Shown one piece after another: positions 28,054 to 38,162 of a stretch of 64,000 nucleotides of DNA (positions are counted from its first letter, which is position 1; each line of letters begins with the position of its first letter). The notes under the pieces were generated by a model that was not told the origin of the DNA, made no database searches, and saw only the letters and a program-made list of their open reading frames with translations. Both the position numbers and the translations under genes were made by a program. Source of the stretch: a virus; the IMG/VR virus record IMGVR_UViG_3300037155_000096. One strand, given 5' to 3'.

Positions 28054-29792
28054 TATAATATTGCCTCTGATTGCTGTATGTTCGTAGATACAAGTTTGAG
28101 CGCATTTTCAATGGCTGTCAGCTGATCCCTTGTCGCCTGAACCTCACCCAACGCTGCTGTCATCACATCTATTAACTCTCCATACTGGTTTTCAAAATCA
28201 TTATCCAGAATAATTTCATTTGCCCTGCCATCAATGACAGTCGAGATTGTCGCCACATCATTTATAAAACTTCCGATTATCGTCGCCAATGGTGAACCGT
28301 CATCGAGTCCTCTGATAACCTTAGCCTTGGCTTTGGCTATCCTCCCATAAGCTCCCGAGAATGTCGTAGCCAGCGTATCCCAGTCTTCCTGTGTAACCGC
28401 CCTATCAGAGGTACTGAAAAACTTCGGAGCATTAGCCTTGATCGATTCAAGTGATTCTGCATCTCCGCCACCGACTGCTTCCACTATGTTTGTTACCGTG
28501 AATTTCACCGTTCCTATTCCCCCTGGACCTGCAACTGTATCAACTGCTTTCGTAATTACGTTAGAAGCCACATTACCAGTCTTGCCCACTCCGATCCTCT
28601 TATATACTGTAATGACACTTCCTGCTTCAGGCACCATACCGGTGAGTCCGCTTCCGAAGATAACTGCCGGACTTTCACCGAGATAGTCTACCTCGAATTG
28701 TGCGAGACTTCCGAACTCCAGAGTATCGACCTCCGGCCATTCAGTTTCGCCCACAAACACCTTCACTCCCTTTAACATCCCCTTGCCCTTCGGAATTCCG
28801 CCAAGAATCATTATCTGATTCGATTGTCCCGAGCCTACAAAGGTTTCTACGATGGTCTCTCCCTGAATAACCGCAACATCAGCATAAATATCTTTGAGTA
28901 GCGAGGTCATAACGACATCTGCTGCGGTCTCGAATATAATGCCATTGTCCGTTTTGCATTTCAAACCTTTTGGGAAGGTCACCGTGCCGTGTCCATCACC
29001 GATCTGCTCAGAGAGCGTCACTCTTATTTTAGAACCTGACGCCACCATCGGGGAGGGCTTATAATTCAAATAGCGTGACAAATCTGAAGCGCTTGAAACA
29101 AGTTTTGCGTCCTTCATTCTCAGTTCGTTTGCAATGAAATTCAGATACCAGGTCATTCCCTCCGACTGATATGACAACACCTCTACCAATAACATTCCTA
29201 AATCACTTGTAACGAAATTGTTGAAATCATCACCGAAATTTTTCTTTATCAGACTCATTGCCTCATCAGTATAAGTCCACATATCCTTGGCTAAGAAATT
29301 CTTTCTTAGAAACGAATCTCCTGTCATTCTGGAGGAGTCGCTGATTATGCTTCGGTCTTCATACACCTGCCAGTTTGCTATCTGATAATCAAGGACGCCC
29401 GCCTCTGCATGTGTGCCGTCAAAATCATCTGAGGTCGGAGCAATCGTAAATGTACCTCTGCCCATACCTTCATTTGAAGCACCGCCCACTATGACATACA
29501 CTCCCTTATTAAGTCCGCTGAGCACATGTAATATCTGCCCGATATATTGATCCGCCTCCGAAACTCCATACGTGGCGACTATAAACGAACCGCTCGATAT
29601 ATCCGTGAAGGTTAGTCCCGTGTAACCGTGTCCGCTGGCTACTCCACCACCGAGTCCGAGACATATGTAAGCCTTGTCGCCCTGGAAGCCTTGGTTCTTC
29701 AGGTTACTATGTAAGTTCATGGTAAGTCCGCATAATGCATACACAACCGGAGCCTGAACAAACGTGGTGTCTTCTACTATTGTTAAAATCAT
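28053..29792 (-). CDS. Baseplate wedge (gpJ/gp6-like), N-terminal part
   Basis: SDLGMLLVEVLSY, LSRYLNYKP, GGGDAESLESIKANAP and RAVTQEDW are gp6/J motifs. Confidence 0.8.
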   Translation of the reverse strand: MILTIVEDTTFVQAPVVYALCGLTMNLHSNLKNQGFQGDKAYICLGLGGGVASGHGYTGLTFTDISSGSFIVATYGVSEADQYIGQILHVLSGLNKGVYVIVGGASNEGMGRGTFTIAPTSDDFDGTHAEAGVLDYQIANWQVYEDRSIISDSSRMTGDSFLRKNFLAKDMWTYTDEAMSLIKKNFGDDFNNFVTSDLGMLLVEVLSYQSEGMTWYLNFIANELRMKDAKLVSSASDLSRYLNYKPSPMVASGSKIRVTLSEQIGDGHGTVTFPKGLKCKTDNGIIFETAADVVMTSLLKDIYADVAVIQGETIVETFVGSGQSNQIMILGGIPKGKGMLKGVKVFVGETEWPEVDTLEFGSLAQFEVDYLGESPAVIFGSGLTGMVPEAGSVITVYKRIGVGKTGNVASNVITKAVDTVAGPGGIGTVKFTVTNIVEAVGGGDAESLESIKANAPKFFSTSDRAVTQEDWDTLATTFSGAYGRIAKAKAKVIRGLDDGSPLATIIGSFINDVATISTVIDGRANEIILDNDFENQYGELIDVMTAALGEVQATRDQLTAIENALKLVSTNIQQSEAIL

Positions 29793-30169
29793 TATTTCCT
29801 CGGTAGTGTAAATGTTTCTTCAGTCTGTCCTTTTTCGCCCAGGTACTCGTAGTTAATCGTAACCACGACCTCTCCATCCTCACTTTCGATTACTATATCA
29901 TCTGGCATTACTTTCGCTCTTGGCTCATATTTCTGAATTGCACCAAGAATTTCTGACTTCAATTCGGATTGCAGAAATTCCCCATCATTTTCAAAAATCA
30001 GTTCAAGTATATTCGTTCCAAAATCGGGGCGCATTATTCTCTCCCCTTTCTGGGTAAGCAGAATCTCCCTGATGGACTCACCGATCAAATCAGTATCGAC
30101 ATAAAACGGTGGTATCCCGCTTACGCCTGCATCGAACGTACTTCCAAAACCTTTTATTATACAGTCCAT
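29792..30169 (-). CDS. Baseplate wedge subunit, gp25/GPW-like
   Basis: ILLTQKGERIMRPDFGT...AIQKYEPRA. Confidence 0.85.
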   Translation of the reverse strand: MDCIIKGFGSTFDAGVSGIPPFYVDTDLIGESIREILLTQKGERIMRPDFGTNILELIFENDGEFLQSELKSEILGAIQKYEPRAKVMPDDIVIESEDGEVVVTINYEYLGEKGQTEETFTLPRK

Positions 30170-30212
30170 GCCCTTACAAAACAGTTTATTTACTTAATGC
30201 AATCAATTTCAC

Positions 30213-30536
30213 TTAACTAATTCTTCCCGCCGAACCCTTTATCGTACCTGTCGCTTTTCCTGGCGCTGACGTACTCCCGGCTTGTGCCGCAGCTGAACCA
30301 GTTGTCGTAACCGCTATGCCCGCTGGGACCGATATGTCCGCTGGATTTACTTCGATCTCCATTGCCGCCGTAACATGTTCAATGACCGCTTTTGCTATCG
30401 CATTGCTATCCGCTTTCAATCTTGCCTTGACAGCTGCTTTAGTCCCTGCATCTTCTACAGCATCTATTTCACTCTGCATAGCTGCAAGTCTGTTGTCCAA
30501 AATCATCGTCGTTAGCTTAGAAACATCGAGAGCCAT
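30213..30536 (-). CDS. Small baseplate/spike-associated protein
   Basis: 107 aa between the spike and gp25 genes. Confidence 0.55.
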   Translation of the reverse strand: MALDVSKLTTMILDNRLAAMQSEIDAVEDAGTKAAVKARLKADSNAIAKAVIEHVTAAMEIEVNPADISVPAGIAVTTTGSAAAQAGSTSAPGKATGTIKGSAGRIS

Positions 30537-30540
30537 TTCA

Positions 30541-31338
30541 TTAACCTTCTTTATTCGATAAAAACTTATCTTTCATAGACTTGAACTTCTGAACAAATAC
30601 TGTAAGAGCTGCTGGGAACATTGGAACTGGCGCTGCCATATTGCCTACTCCGATGTTCGCCTTGTTCTCATCTACCCATTGTAGATACTCTTCCCTGACG
30701 ATATACTGACCATTCAGCTTCACTCCGTCCTTAGCCATAATAAACGTATTTCCATTGTTATCTGCAATCTTAATTCCATCTTTATCCGACATATACGCAT
30801 TACCAAATTTGTCTGTGAGCGAAACGCATTCTGCGTCCTTTTTATCATCCAATTTTAACTCATGTCCCTTCGGCGATTTGATGTGCATGAAGTTCAGTTC
30901 ATTATCATCATTCTTCTCCGAAAACAAGATCTCGTAGCCGGTTGTCGTTTTAATTCCCCTTACCGAGGGCTTCTTCGTCTGAACATCCTTAAAGGGGACA
31001 TCAGCATCACCGTTCCAGAATCCTCCATCATAAAACGGTCTGCCATAATCACCATCGATGAAGGTGACAAATACGTATGCGCCCACTTCCGGAGGGAAAA
31101 ACTGCCCCGAGCTATTGCCCACGAAATTACTTTTCGGCGGTATCCATAAATCATAGGGATTGCTGGAATCGTTTGTACTTCCAGGGAAAATCATTCCACA
31201 GAGCTTTACACAACCGGTCTTCATCGGATCTTCATTGTCGGTCACTATACACATATAATGACCATAGTACCTGCCCGTAACATGTCCTAAGCCATATTTT
31301 CCTATCTCACCTACAAACTGTCTAATTAGTTCTAACAT
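30541..31338 (-). CDS. Baseplate spike (gpV / gp5 OB-fold)
   Basis: DNEDPMKTGCVK...FPPEVGAYVFVTFIDGDYGRPFYDGG followed by beta-helix repeats. Confidence 0.85.
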   Translation of the reverse strand: MLELIRQFVGEIGKYGLGHVTGRYYGHYMCIVTDNEDPMKTGCVKLCGMIFPGSTNDSSNPYDLWIPPKSNFVGNSSGQFFPPEVGAYVFVTFIDGDYGRPFYDGGFWNGDADVPFKDVQTKKPSVRGIKTTTGYEILFSEKNDDNELNFMHIKSPKGHELKLDDKKDAECVSLTDKFGNAYMSDKDGIKIADNNGNTFIMAKDGVKLNGQYIVREEYLQWVDENKANIGVGNMAAPVPMFPAALTVFVQKFKSMKDKFLSNKEG

Positions 31339-32591
31339 GTTTCAAATCCATTTATCGTCAGCTCCATATCGTAACTACCTACTAATGAGTATTTGACTCC
31401 TCTAACAAGATGCGGTCTGTTAGTCAGATCTTCCGAGGGAGACAGGAATCTTGCATTCCATCCATAGGGGAAAATTCCCGGATACATAAGCGTAGTGATC
31501 TTTACTTCGAATGCTCCGACTTTGGTGTCCAGCGGAATCGTTTTCTTTTCATCTACAGCCACATAGGACTGCCCGCTGACTGTGGGCGCCACCCTGGGCA
31601 CTCTGTTCAAGCGTTCATCATAACTTTTTTTCGCTCCACCACCGCCGAGCATATCGTTCTGAATTTCAGGCATCCTCGTGACTTCGTCAATCTTTACTTG
31701 CGCATCTATTTTCTTTCTGTCTGCCGCTAACTGACTGATGGCTATGGCATCATATGAATAATTCAGGATCGGCAGAATAATCGCATCTGACTTGCCGAAC
31801 TTCAGGTTGGCGGGCATAAGTTCTCTATCCACCAACGTCAGCTCCTTATTCGCTTTGTAATTTCCAGACAGACTAAGGTCCATCAGTGTCACTTCCAGTT
31901 TTCCCTTCGGTTTTACCGTGACGTTATATCCGATATTAGCTTTTTTCAGGATGTCTTTGAACCACGCAGACAATGTAGTCGCGACAGGCGTACTCGCTGC
32001 AAGCGGCTTTATCTGGGCTAAGTCCTGACTCATGGGCGAGAACGTAAGGTCATAACCCCTTCCTCCGAACTGCCATCTGAATAATTGCTCTATCGTCGTA
32101 CTTTTAGGGAATACAAATTCGTTTACAAACGGAACCTGCACCCGCGTTGTTACATTTTTCTCTAAATCGCCCAGAAAGCCACCAACTCCACCGAACGCCT
32201 GAATAGCCATAGAGCCTTCGAAGCCTCCTGTAATCTTCGGGAGAGCTGTGAGCGTGAATCCTATTAACTCGGACATGATCTCAGGGTAGTAGCCAAACTG
32301 GACATATACATACTGGCAAAATTCGGGATTATTATTAACGAACAATTTCTTCGCTCTGTGGATTGCCTTCATCGGAAGTTCCATCGTGAAGTTCAGCTCC
32401 GGTACTTTCTCAGACTGAAAATCCATATCCATACTCGTGACGAAGGGAGCGACCTGAAACGTCTGGGGATTAAGTTTCTGCCCCATGTAATCGAAGCCAT
32501 CCATGTCCCTGAGAACCTCATACAACAGTTTCGGAACTTCTGTCGCGGTCTTAGCCACATAGAGATATACCATCGGCATCGACATTATCAT
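31332..32591 (-). CDS. Baseplate hub (gpD / gp27-like)
   Basis: Position between the LysM and spike genes; VQFGY motif. Confidence 0.65.
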   Translation of the reverse strand: MIMSMPMVYLYVAKTATEVPKLLYEVLRDMDGFDYMGQKLNPQTFQVAPFVTSMDMDFQSEKVPELNFTMELPMKAIHRAKKLFVNNNPEFCQYVYVQFGYYPEIMSELIGFTLTALPKITGGFEGSMAIQAFGGVGGFLGDLEKNVTTRVQVPFVNEFVFPKSTTIEQLFRWQFGGRGYDLTFSPMSQDLAQIKPLAASTPVATTLSAWFKDILKKANIGYNVTVKPKGKLEVTLMDLSLSGNYKANKELTLVDRELMPANLKFGKSDAIILPILNYSYDAIAISQLAADRKKIDAQVKIDEVTRMPEIQNDMLGGGGAKKSYDERLNRVPRVAPTVSGQSYVAVDEKKTIPLDTKVGAFEVKITTLMYPGIFPYGWNARFLSPSEDLTNRPHLVRGVKYSLVGSYDMELTINGFETC

Positions 32592-32887
32592 TGTTTCAAC
32601 TCCATTAAATAACTGACCAGGGTTTCAAAAGCCGGTATCCGGATCTTCAAGCCAGCATATAATTCTGTATTTTCTAATTTGATATCATTAGCAAGCGCAA
32701 TGAACCAGTTAAAGTCAGGCGTGTTATAAAACTTCTGCGATATCTTTCCCAGATTATCATGTGGGCCTACGCCATAATAAGTATCAGCATCGTTTATCTT
32801 GACATCCGGATAAACTCTAAATGGTCTGAACTGATAGCCTTCCAGTTGCACTCCATCGTTATATGCTAACTGCGATGTATAATTCAT
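32588..32887 (-). CDS. LysM / gpX-like tail protein
   Basis: DNLGKISQKFYNTPDFNWFIALANDI...GLKIRIP. Confidence 0.8.
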   Translation of the reverse strand: MNYTSQLAYNDGVQLEGYQFRPFRVYPDVKINDADTYYGVGPHDNLGKISQKFYNTPDFNWFIALANDIKLENTELYAGLKIRIPAFETLVSYLMELKQ

Positions 32888-35800
32888 TATTTTACTCCAT
32901 TCATGATAGCATCTTGTTTCTGATTCTTGGCATCAGTTCTGATTGCCTTTAGTAATCCTTTTTCATCTATCGTAATCGAGAGGGACATTCCATTCTGAAG
33001 TCCTTTCAACGTGTTCGTTAAATCCAACATCATCTGCTTGGTCTGTGGATCGGTCTCTTGCTGATGGAACGCATTACCTTGCACTCCAACAATCGCTGGG
33101 GAACCATCCGGGGGCGGAGCGGTACTCGTAGTCGTTACAGTTCCAGAACCGGTGGTCATTGTGCCCGAGGTTTTCGTTGCATCTGCCGAAGCCGTATTGA
33201 TTGTCGGATCTGGCGGTGTACTGAAATTGTAATCGCTCAGATTCTTGTATACAGCGTCCCGCCTTTTAGTCGTAGAACCGTCTTTATAATCGTCTCTAAG
33301 GTGTACAAGGTCATTCATTTTCTGAATCGTCAGCTGAGAGGCTCCACCTGGCGTAGCGTCACTCATACTTTTGATAATGTCCGTTGCTCTGCCATCGCCA
33401 TACTGATTAGCTAAGTCCGCAAAGTACATTATCGCTTTCTCATCATTTAGTCCAAGACTTTTACCCAGCTTGACATATCTGTCTACATACTGAGTTTGCA
33501 GATTGTCTTGTACTTTCGAATACTTACTCGCCATGTTCTTATCATCGAACAGAGACTTATAATTGGCCGTCTCACTTTCAGAGAATGTTTTCTTACTCCA
33601 ATCACCGTCCAGAAATCCCTTACCCATCTTATTATCAAAATACGTCGGATCTTGATCGCGCATTTGCCCCATAAGATATCTAGCATTATTGCCGTGCCAT
33701 TGCAATTTTCCAAGTGATACGGACTGCTTGCCTTCCTTGCCATCGTTGGGATTAACGGAATCTATGCCACCTTCCATCTTGGAAATCAATGCTGAAGTGT
33801 CGGTTATATTCACATTAGTTGTTCCGCTTGGGCCAGTCGAGATTCCTAGCATCTTCTTTACCCACTCTGGCATAACATCAACAACCCATTGGAATGCTTT
33901 TACAAACATTCCCTTTATGTTCGACCAGCTGAATATTCCACTGATCGTATCCCATGCTGTCTGGAAGGGGGATGCTATTGCATTCGCTATCACTGAGCCT
34001 ATCGACTTTATGCCCTCCCAAATGCCATTGAAAAACGTAGATATCTTAGTCCAGGTGAACATGCCTTTGTCACCGAACAAGAAATTGAAAATGTCTACCC
34101 ACGGCTGTATGTAGAAATCATAAAATATGCCGCAACCAACCTTAATCCAGTTCCACAGAGTATCGAGACCTATCTTAATTCCATCCCATATATCGGAGAA
34201 GAACTTCGAGACTACGTCCCAATGTTTTATTAGTTCGTATGCTCCTACTCCAAGAGCCACAACCGCGGCTATTACTGCAGCTATCGCTATTGCTACCCAT
34301 CCCATCGGACTTGCTAAGAATGCTGTGGTCTGCGCCCACAATGCTGTTACAGACGCCCACACGCCCCCTACGAAGGTCGTGATACCTTCCCATGCAGTCG
34401 TTGCCATCGAAATTCCCCAGGCAATTATTTTCTTTGCATTGTCTAATATCATTCCACCGAACTTTCCTACTGCAGACCATGCATCTCCAATCGCACCCGA
34501 GAATCTATTCAACGCTCCCATACCCCTGAGAACTGCTCCGCCTAAATTATCCACGATACTTCCGGCTAACTGAACCACCGCACCTGAAGCTTTCTCAGCG
34601 AATGCCACTGTGCTTGCGATTCCTGCCGATATAACTGACGCCGTGTAAGCAATAATCGCCGGCGTTAGCACCAACGTGATGAATCCAGCCAACACTTTTG
34701 CCGCTGTCCACCATCCACCAAACATTTCCGATAATTTCTTGTCGATCTCAGTGAACATGCCGGCTATCGTCTGGAATCCAGCATTAACTGCTGCTATCAG
34801 TAGATTCCAAATAGCTGTAGCTGCCGCTCCCCAATTAACCTTTTCAAACCATTTAATTACTATTTCTGTTAGTAAGCCAGCTCCGATGACAATCAACTTG
34901 AGCGCAAGGAATAGACCATCCACCAGAAGTTTACCTACATTACTCCAGTCCACACCGGAGATCCATGTGGCAATCGCTCCTGCGAACCCTATGGCTGCAT
35001 TTGCCGCTCCCGCTAGCCCATCAGAGATCATCTCAACAAGAGTGTTCCCTACTTTCTTCCAATCTATCGACTTGAACCAGCCTATTGCTGCGTCAACTGT
35101 GGGAGAGAACATCTTCCATATATCTGTAAATACACCATTATTCCCGCCAAGCGAGGCGAATGCTTTCGTAAAGAATGTTTTCCAGTCTACCTTTGCAAGA
35201 TCCGCCAATGCCTTGTCTGGCTTCAAGAAATTCCAGAAATCCGATAACTTGGTGCTAACCCAGACAGCCACTCCCGTCATAGCTGCAAGTACCTGCTGAC
35301 CGATGCCATCCCAATCAACACTTTTTCTCCAATCGCCGAATGCATCCCATAATCCGGATAGGGACTTGTCTACATCCTTGCTCTTAAAGGCATCTGCGAG
35401 CATCTGGGGGATTCCAAAGAACATATCATTGAACGTATCCCAGACGACCTTACCGACTCGTTCCATCGAAGCAGTTACTTTCTGTTCCAGACTCTTGGAA
35501 GAATCGTTCCATATCTTCGTAAGGTCTCCTACCGAGCCGATTATATTCCTAATTCCGTAATAGACCAATGACACCCAAAAGAATATCTTACCAAGACCTT
35601 TCAGAAATCCACCCGCAAAAGCATTCTTGAGGAACGGAGATAACTTATCGCCGATCTTACCCAGAATATTGATAACAGGCTTACCCGCCACTACTATTCC
35701 AGCCAATGCCATGAATGCATCGCTAAAAGTTATTCCCAGACCATCCATCATGGTGCCCAGTGGCTTTAATATCTTCGCAAGCGGTGGGAATATTTCGCCC

Positions 35801-37239
35801 AATTTTATTAAGCCCGCTCCCATTCCACCCATCTTGAATGACGAGAAGACTTCAAGGAATCCTCTTTCGGCTTTCGATGCCCAATCTGTCTTCCCCTTCA
35901 GAGCTTCAATACTTTTGGTGAGCGATATTACTGCGGCCTCTCTGATTCCAAGAGATTTTCTATATGAGTCCGCCCCATCCGATCCCATCGCTAACATCAT
36001 GTTGTTACGAGCTGATTCCAGATGTTTTTCCATTTTATCTGTGGACTGCTGAACCATATCCGAAGTCTTCTGTACCATCCCACCTGAATTTACCATCGCT
36101 TTATTAGTCTGGACGACTATATCTGCAATTCCCTTCACTCCCTTCTCTAAAGTAAAACCGACACCCTTTGCATTATCTCCAAAGTATTCTGCCAGCACAG
36201 TGTTATACATCTTGGTCTTATTAGTATCTCCGTTCAGATTTTCCCGGATTTGAGCTAACTTCTCAATCATAGCTTCCGGACCTTTCTGAATGATCTTCTT
36301 ATAGTCATCCACAGAGCCGAACATGCTTATCATCATCGCATCCCCGTTCTTCATCCCGGTCAACGAATTGTAACTGTTAGTCATCTGCGCAAAGAACTGG
36401 TTGGCATCTTTCGTAGCATTCATCATGCCCTGAACCGCCGTTAATGATTCAGCCGCGCTCATTTGTCCAGCTTGCTGGAAAACACTCTGAGCCTTTAAGG
36501 ACTGATCCATCAGATCGCTTACCATTTCCTTGGAAACGTTATTCGCCCCCCACATACCAACCAGTTGATCTTCTACGAACTTAGTCTGCGCACCAAACTG
36601 GGCAACATACTCCTGACCAGCATTGTTCAGCTTACCGACCGCAGCCTGCTTGTCATATAACTGTTTGATTTCTTTTTCGGAGAACTTGTACGAAGCTGAA
36701 GACAGGTTTCCTATGGAGTCCGCGACGTCATCAGCTGTCAGACCATACGTTTCCTTTAACTGTACGGCAAAATCAGTCATATCTTTTAACATCTTAGGAT
36801 TCTTAACTGTCTGGGAGAGCTTCGTATAGATATCGGCTACATCTTCTTGGGCGATGCCATATTTTACGGATAGACCGGACATTATTCCGGATATAGAACT
36901 TGCTGAGAAGCTTGTGAATGCAACTATTTTGGTTTGCGCATTATTGACGCCCTTTACCATGTCTGCCATCCCCTCAATCTTGAAGGTATTGCCAGCGAGT
37001 CCTTCTGCTTTGTCGGTAAGTGCGGTAAGGTGAGTCGTCATTCTTTCGATCTTGACGTTCTGAAATGCATTGGCAACAAGGTTCAGCCCATGGATCAGAC
37101 TGTTAGTCGGCCTCTTGGCGACTTTTTCCATAGTATTACCCATCTTATCGACAGATTTTTGAATCGTATCGACAGTAGAGGCGGTGTTAACATCCTTAGC
37201 CTTGAAGCTGAACCCAAACCCGTTGAAATTGAACGCCAT
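32887..37239 (-). CDS. Tape measure protein with C-terminal lysozyme-like domain
   Basis: 1450 aa, helical with Trp-spaced repeats, follows the chaperone; SLGKLQWHG...NQYG near the C-terminus. Confidence 0.9.
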   Translation of the reverse strand: MAFNFNGFGFSFKAKDVNTASTVDTIQKSVDKMGNTMEKVAKRPTNSLIHGLNLVANAFQNVKIERMTTHLTALTDKAEGLAGNTFKIEGMADMVKGVNNAQTKIVAFTSFSASSISGIMSGLSVKYGIAQEDVADIYTKLSQTVKNPKMLKDMTDFAVQLKETYGLTADDVADSIGNLSSASYKFSEKEIKQLYDKQAAVGKLNNAGQEYVAQFGAQTKFVEDQLVGMWGANNVSKEMVSDLMDQSLKAQSVFQQAGQMSAAESLTAVQGMMNATKDANQFFAQMTNSYNSLTGMKNGDAMMISMFGSVDDYKKIIQKGPEAMIEKLAQIRENLNGDTNKTKMYNTVLAEYFGDNAKGVGFTLEKGVKGIADIVVQTNKAMVNSGGMVQKTSDMVQQSTDKMEKHLESARNNMMLAMGSDGADSYRKSLGIREAAVISLTKSIEALKGKTDWASKAERGFLEVFSSFKMGGMGAGLIKLGEIFPPLAKILKPLGTMMDGLGITFSDAFMALAGIVVAGKPVINILGKIGDKLSPFLKNAFAGGFLKGLGKIFFWVSLVYYGIRNIIGSVGDLTKIWNDSSKSLEQKVTASMERVGKVVWDTFNDMFFGIPQMLADAFKSKDVDKSLSGLWDAFGDWRKSVDWDGIGQQVLAAMTGVAVWVSTKLSDFWNFLKPDKALADLAKVDWKTFFTKAFASLGGNNGVFTDIWKMFSPTVDAAIGWFKSIDWKKVGNTLVEMISDGLAGAANAAIGFAGAIATWISGVDWSNVGKLLVDGLFLALKLIVIGAGLLTEIVIKWFEKVNWGAAATAIWNLLIAAVNAGFQTIAGMFTEIDKKLSEMFGGWWTAAKVLAGFITLVLTPAIIAYTASVISAGIASTVAFAEKASGAVVQLAGSIVDNLGGAVLRGMGALNRFSGAIGDAWSAVGKFGGMILDNAKKIIAWGISMATTAWEGITTFVGGVWASVTALWAQTTAFLASPMGWVAIAIAAVIAAVVALGVGAYELIKHWDVVSKFFSDIWDGIKIGLDTLWNWIKVGCGIFYDFYIQPWVDIFNFLFGDKGMFTWTKISTFFNGIWEGIKSIGSVIANAIASPFQTAWDTISGIFSWSNIKGMFVKAFQWVVDVMPEWVKKMLGISTGPSGTTNVNITDTSALISKMEGGIDSVNPNDGKEGKQSVSLGKLQWHGNNARYLMGQMRDQDPTYFDNKMGKGFLDGDWSKKTFSESETANYKSLFDDKNMASKYSKVQDNLQTQYVDRYVKLGKSLGLNDEKAIMYFADLANQYGDGRATDIIKSMSDATPGGASQLTIQKMNDLVHLRDDYKDGSTTKRRDAVYKNLSDYNFSTPPDPTINTASADATKTSGTMTTGSGTVTTTSTAPPPDGSPAIVGVQGNAFHQQETDPQTKQMMLDLTNTLKGLQNGMSLSITIDEKGLLKAIRTDAKNQKQDAIMNGVK

Positions 37240-37249
37240 TGACGAATCC

Positions 37250-37402
37250 TTATTTTTTGTATTTCTTTGCTATCAGGTCGAACAGCCGTTTTCTTCTACT
37301 GCTCGGCATTTTCATCACGGATTCGTACTCTATCCCAACATCACCTATTATATTTAATACTTCTGATTCTAGTCTACCAATATCTCCGAGGGGAAGAAAA
37401 AA
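37250..37402 (-). CDS. -1 frameshift extension of the tail assembly chaperone (G-T type)
   Basis: The -1 frame reads ...FLPLGDIGRLESEVLNIIGDVGIEYESVMKMPSSRRKRLFDLIAKKYKK* and is open across the slippery site. Confidence 0.7.
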   Translation of the reverse strand, partial: FFLPLGDIGRLESEVLNIIGDVGIEYESVMKMPSSRRKRLFDLIAKKYKK

Positions 37403-38136
37403 CTTGCCTGCATCAGCTGCAGATCTGTATCGAAATCTTTTCCATCTAACGGATCTGTTGCTGTAATCGTGGTATCCACACCTACGTCCCATTTCTGAGT
37501 GGCAGTTCGGATTGTGTTCCTATTTCTCAATGATAATTTCTGAACATCTTCAATCGAGGCTGGCTTTCCGTTCAGAGATTCAATTCTGATCATCATACCG
37601 GAAGTAAGCCTTGTCTTGCTATTCTTAATAGTCGAAAGGAGTCCTTCATCATGACCAGTCGCCAATTTCAATACCACTTCACCGCCATCTGTTAATGGAA
37701 CGGTCATGGTTCTTATATTCTTATCTTCCAATTTCTTGAGTTCAAGAGTATTCAGATCCACCGTTGCTTTGAATGGTACTTTTTCATCGCTTGGACATTG
37801 CAGGTCCATTACGAAATTCTGATCGAGTGAAAGAACTCTCAACCGGATGAACAGAAATATTCTATCGCCCATCGCAAGGTTCTTGACAATCGCTTTCAAA
37901 TGGTTATTATCTGTAATCGGCTTTGTATCAGGTACTGAACTTTCCAGAGATATGATACAATTTGCCAATACTCTTGTTATTTTGTCTGAAGCCGAGGCAT
38001 TCTCTTCTGCCAGGATATCTTCTTCTTTTCCACTGATTTCTGTGAGCTGCACTTTATCGTAAAGGATTTTGTCAACCATTACTCCTGCTAATAATTCTTC
38101 CATAGCCGTTGGGCTTTTTATGTTATCTACTGACAT
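37369..38136 (-). CDS. Tail assembly chaperone
   Basis: Between tube and TMP; GDRIFLFIRLR; ends in SFFFP. Confidence 0.8.
   Translation of the reverse strand: MSVDNIKSPTAMEELLAGVMVDKILYDKVQLTEISGKEEDILAEENASASDKITRVLANCIISLESSVPDTKPITDNNHLKAIVKNLAMGDRIFLFIRLRVLSLDQNFVMDLQCPSDEKVPFKATVDLNTLELKKLEDKNIRTMTVPLTDGGEVVLKLATGHDEGLLSTIKNSKTRLTSGMMIRIESLNGKPASIEDVQKLSLRNRNTIRTATQKWDVGVDTTITATDPLDGKDFDTDLQLMQASFFFPSEILVD
37396..37402 (-). promoter_or_regulatory. -1 ribosomal frameshift slippery heptamer T TTT TTC
   Basis: Chaperone codons agT TTT TTC are correctly phased as X XXY YYZ. Confidence 0.7.
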
Positions 38137-38162
38137 ACGTACTCCTAAGTTTTATAATCAAT

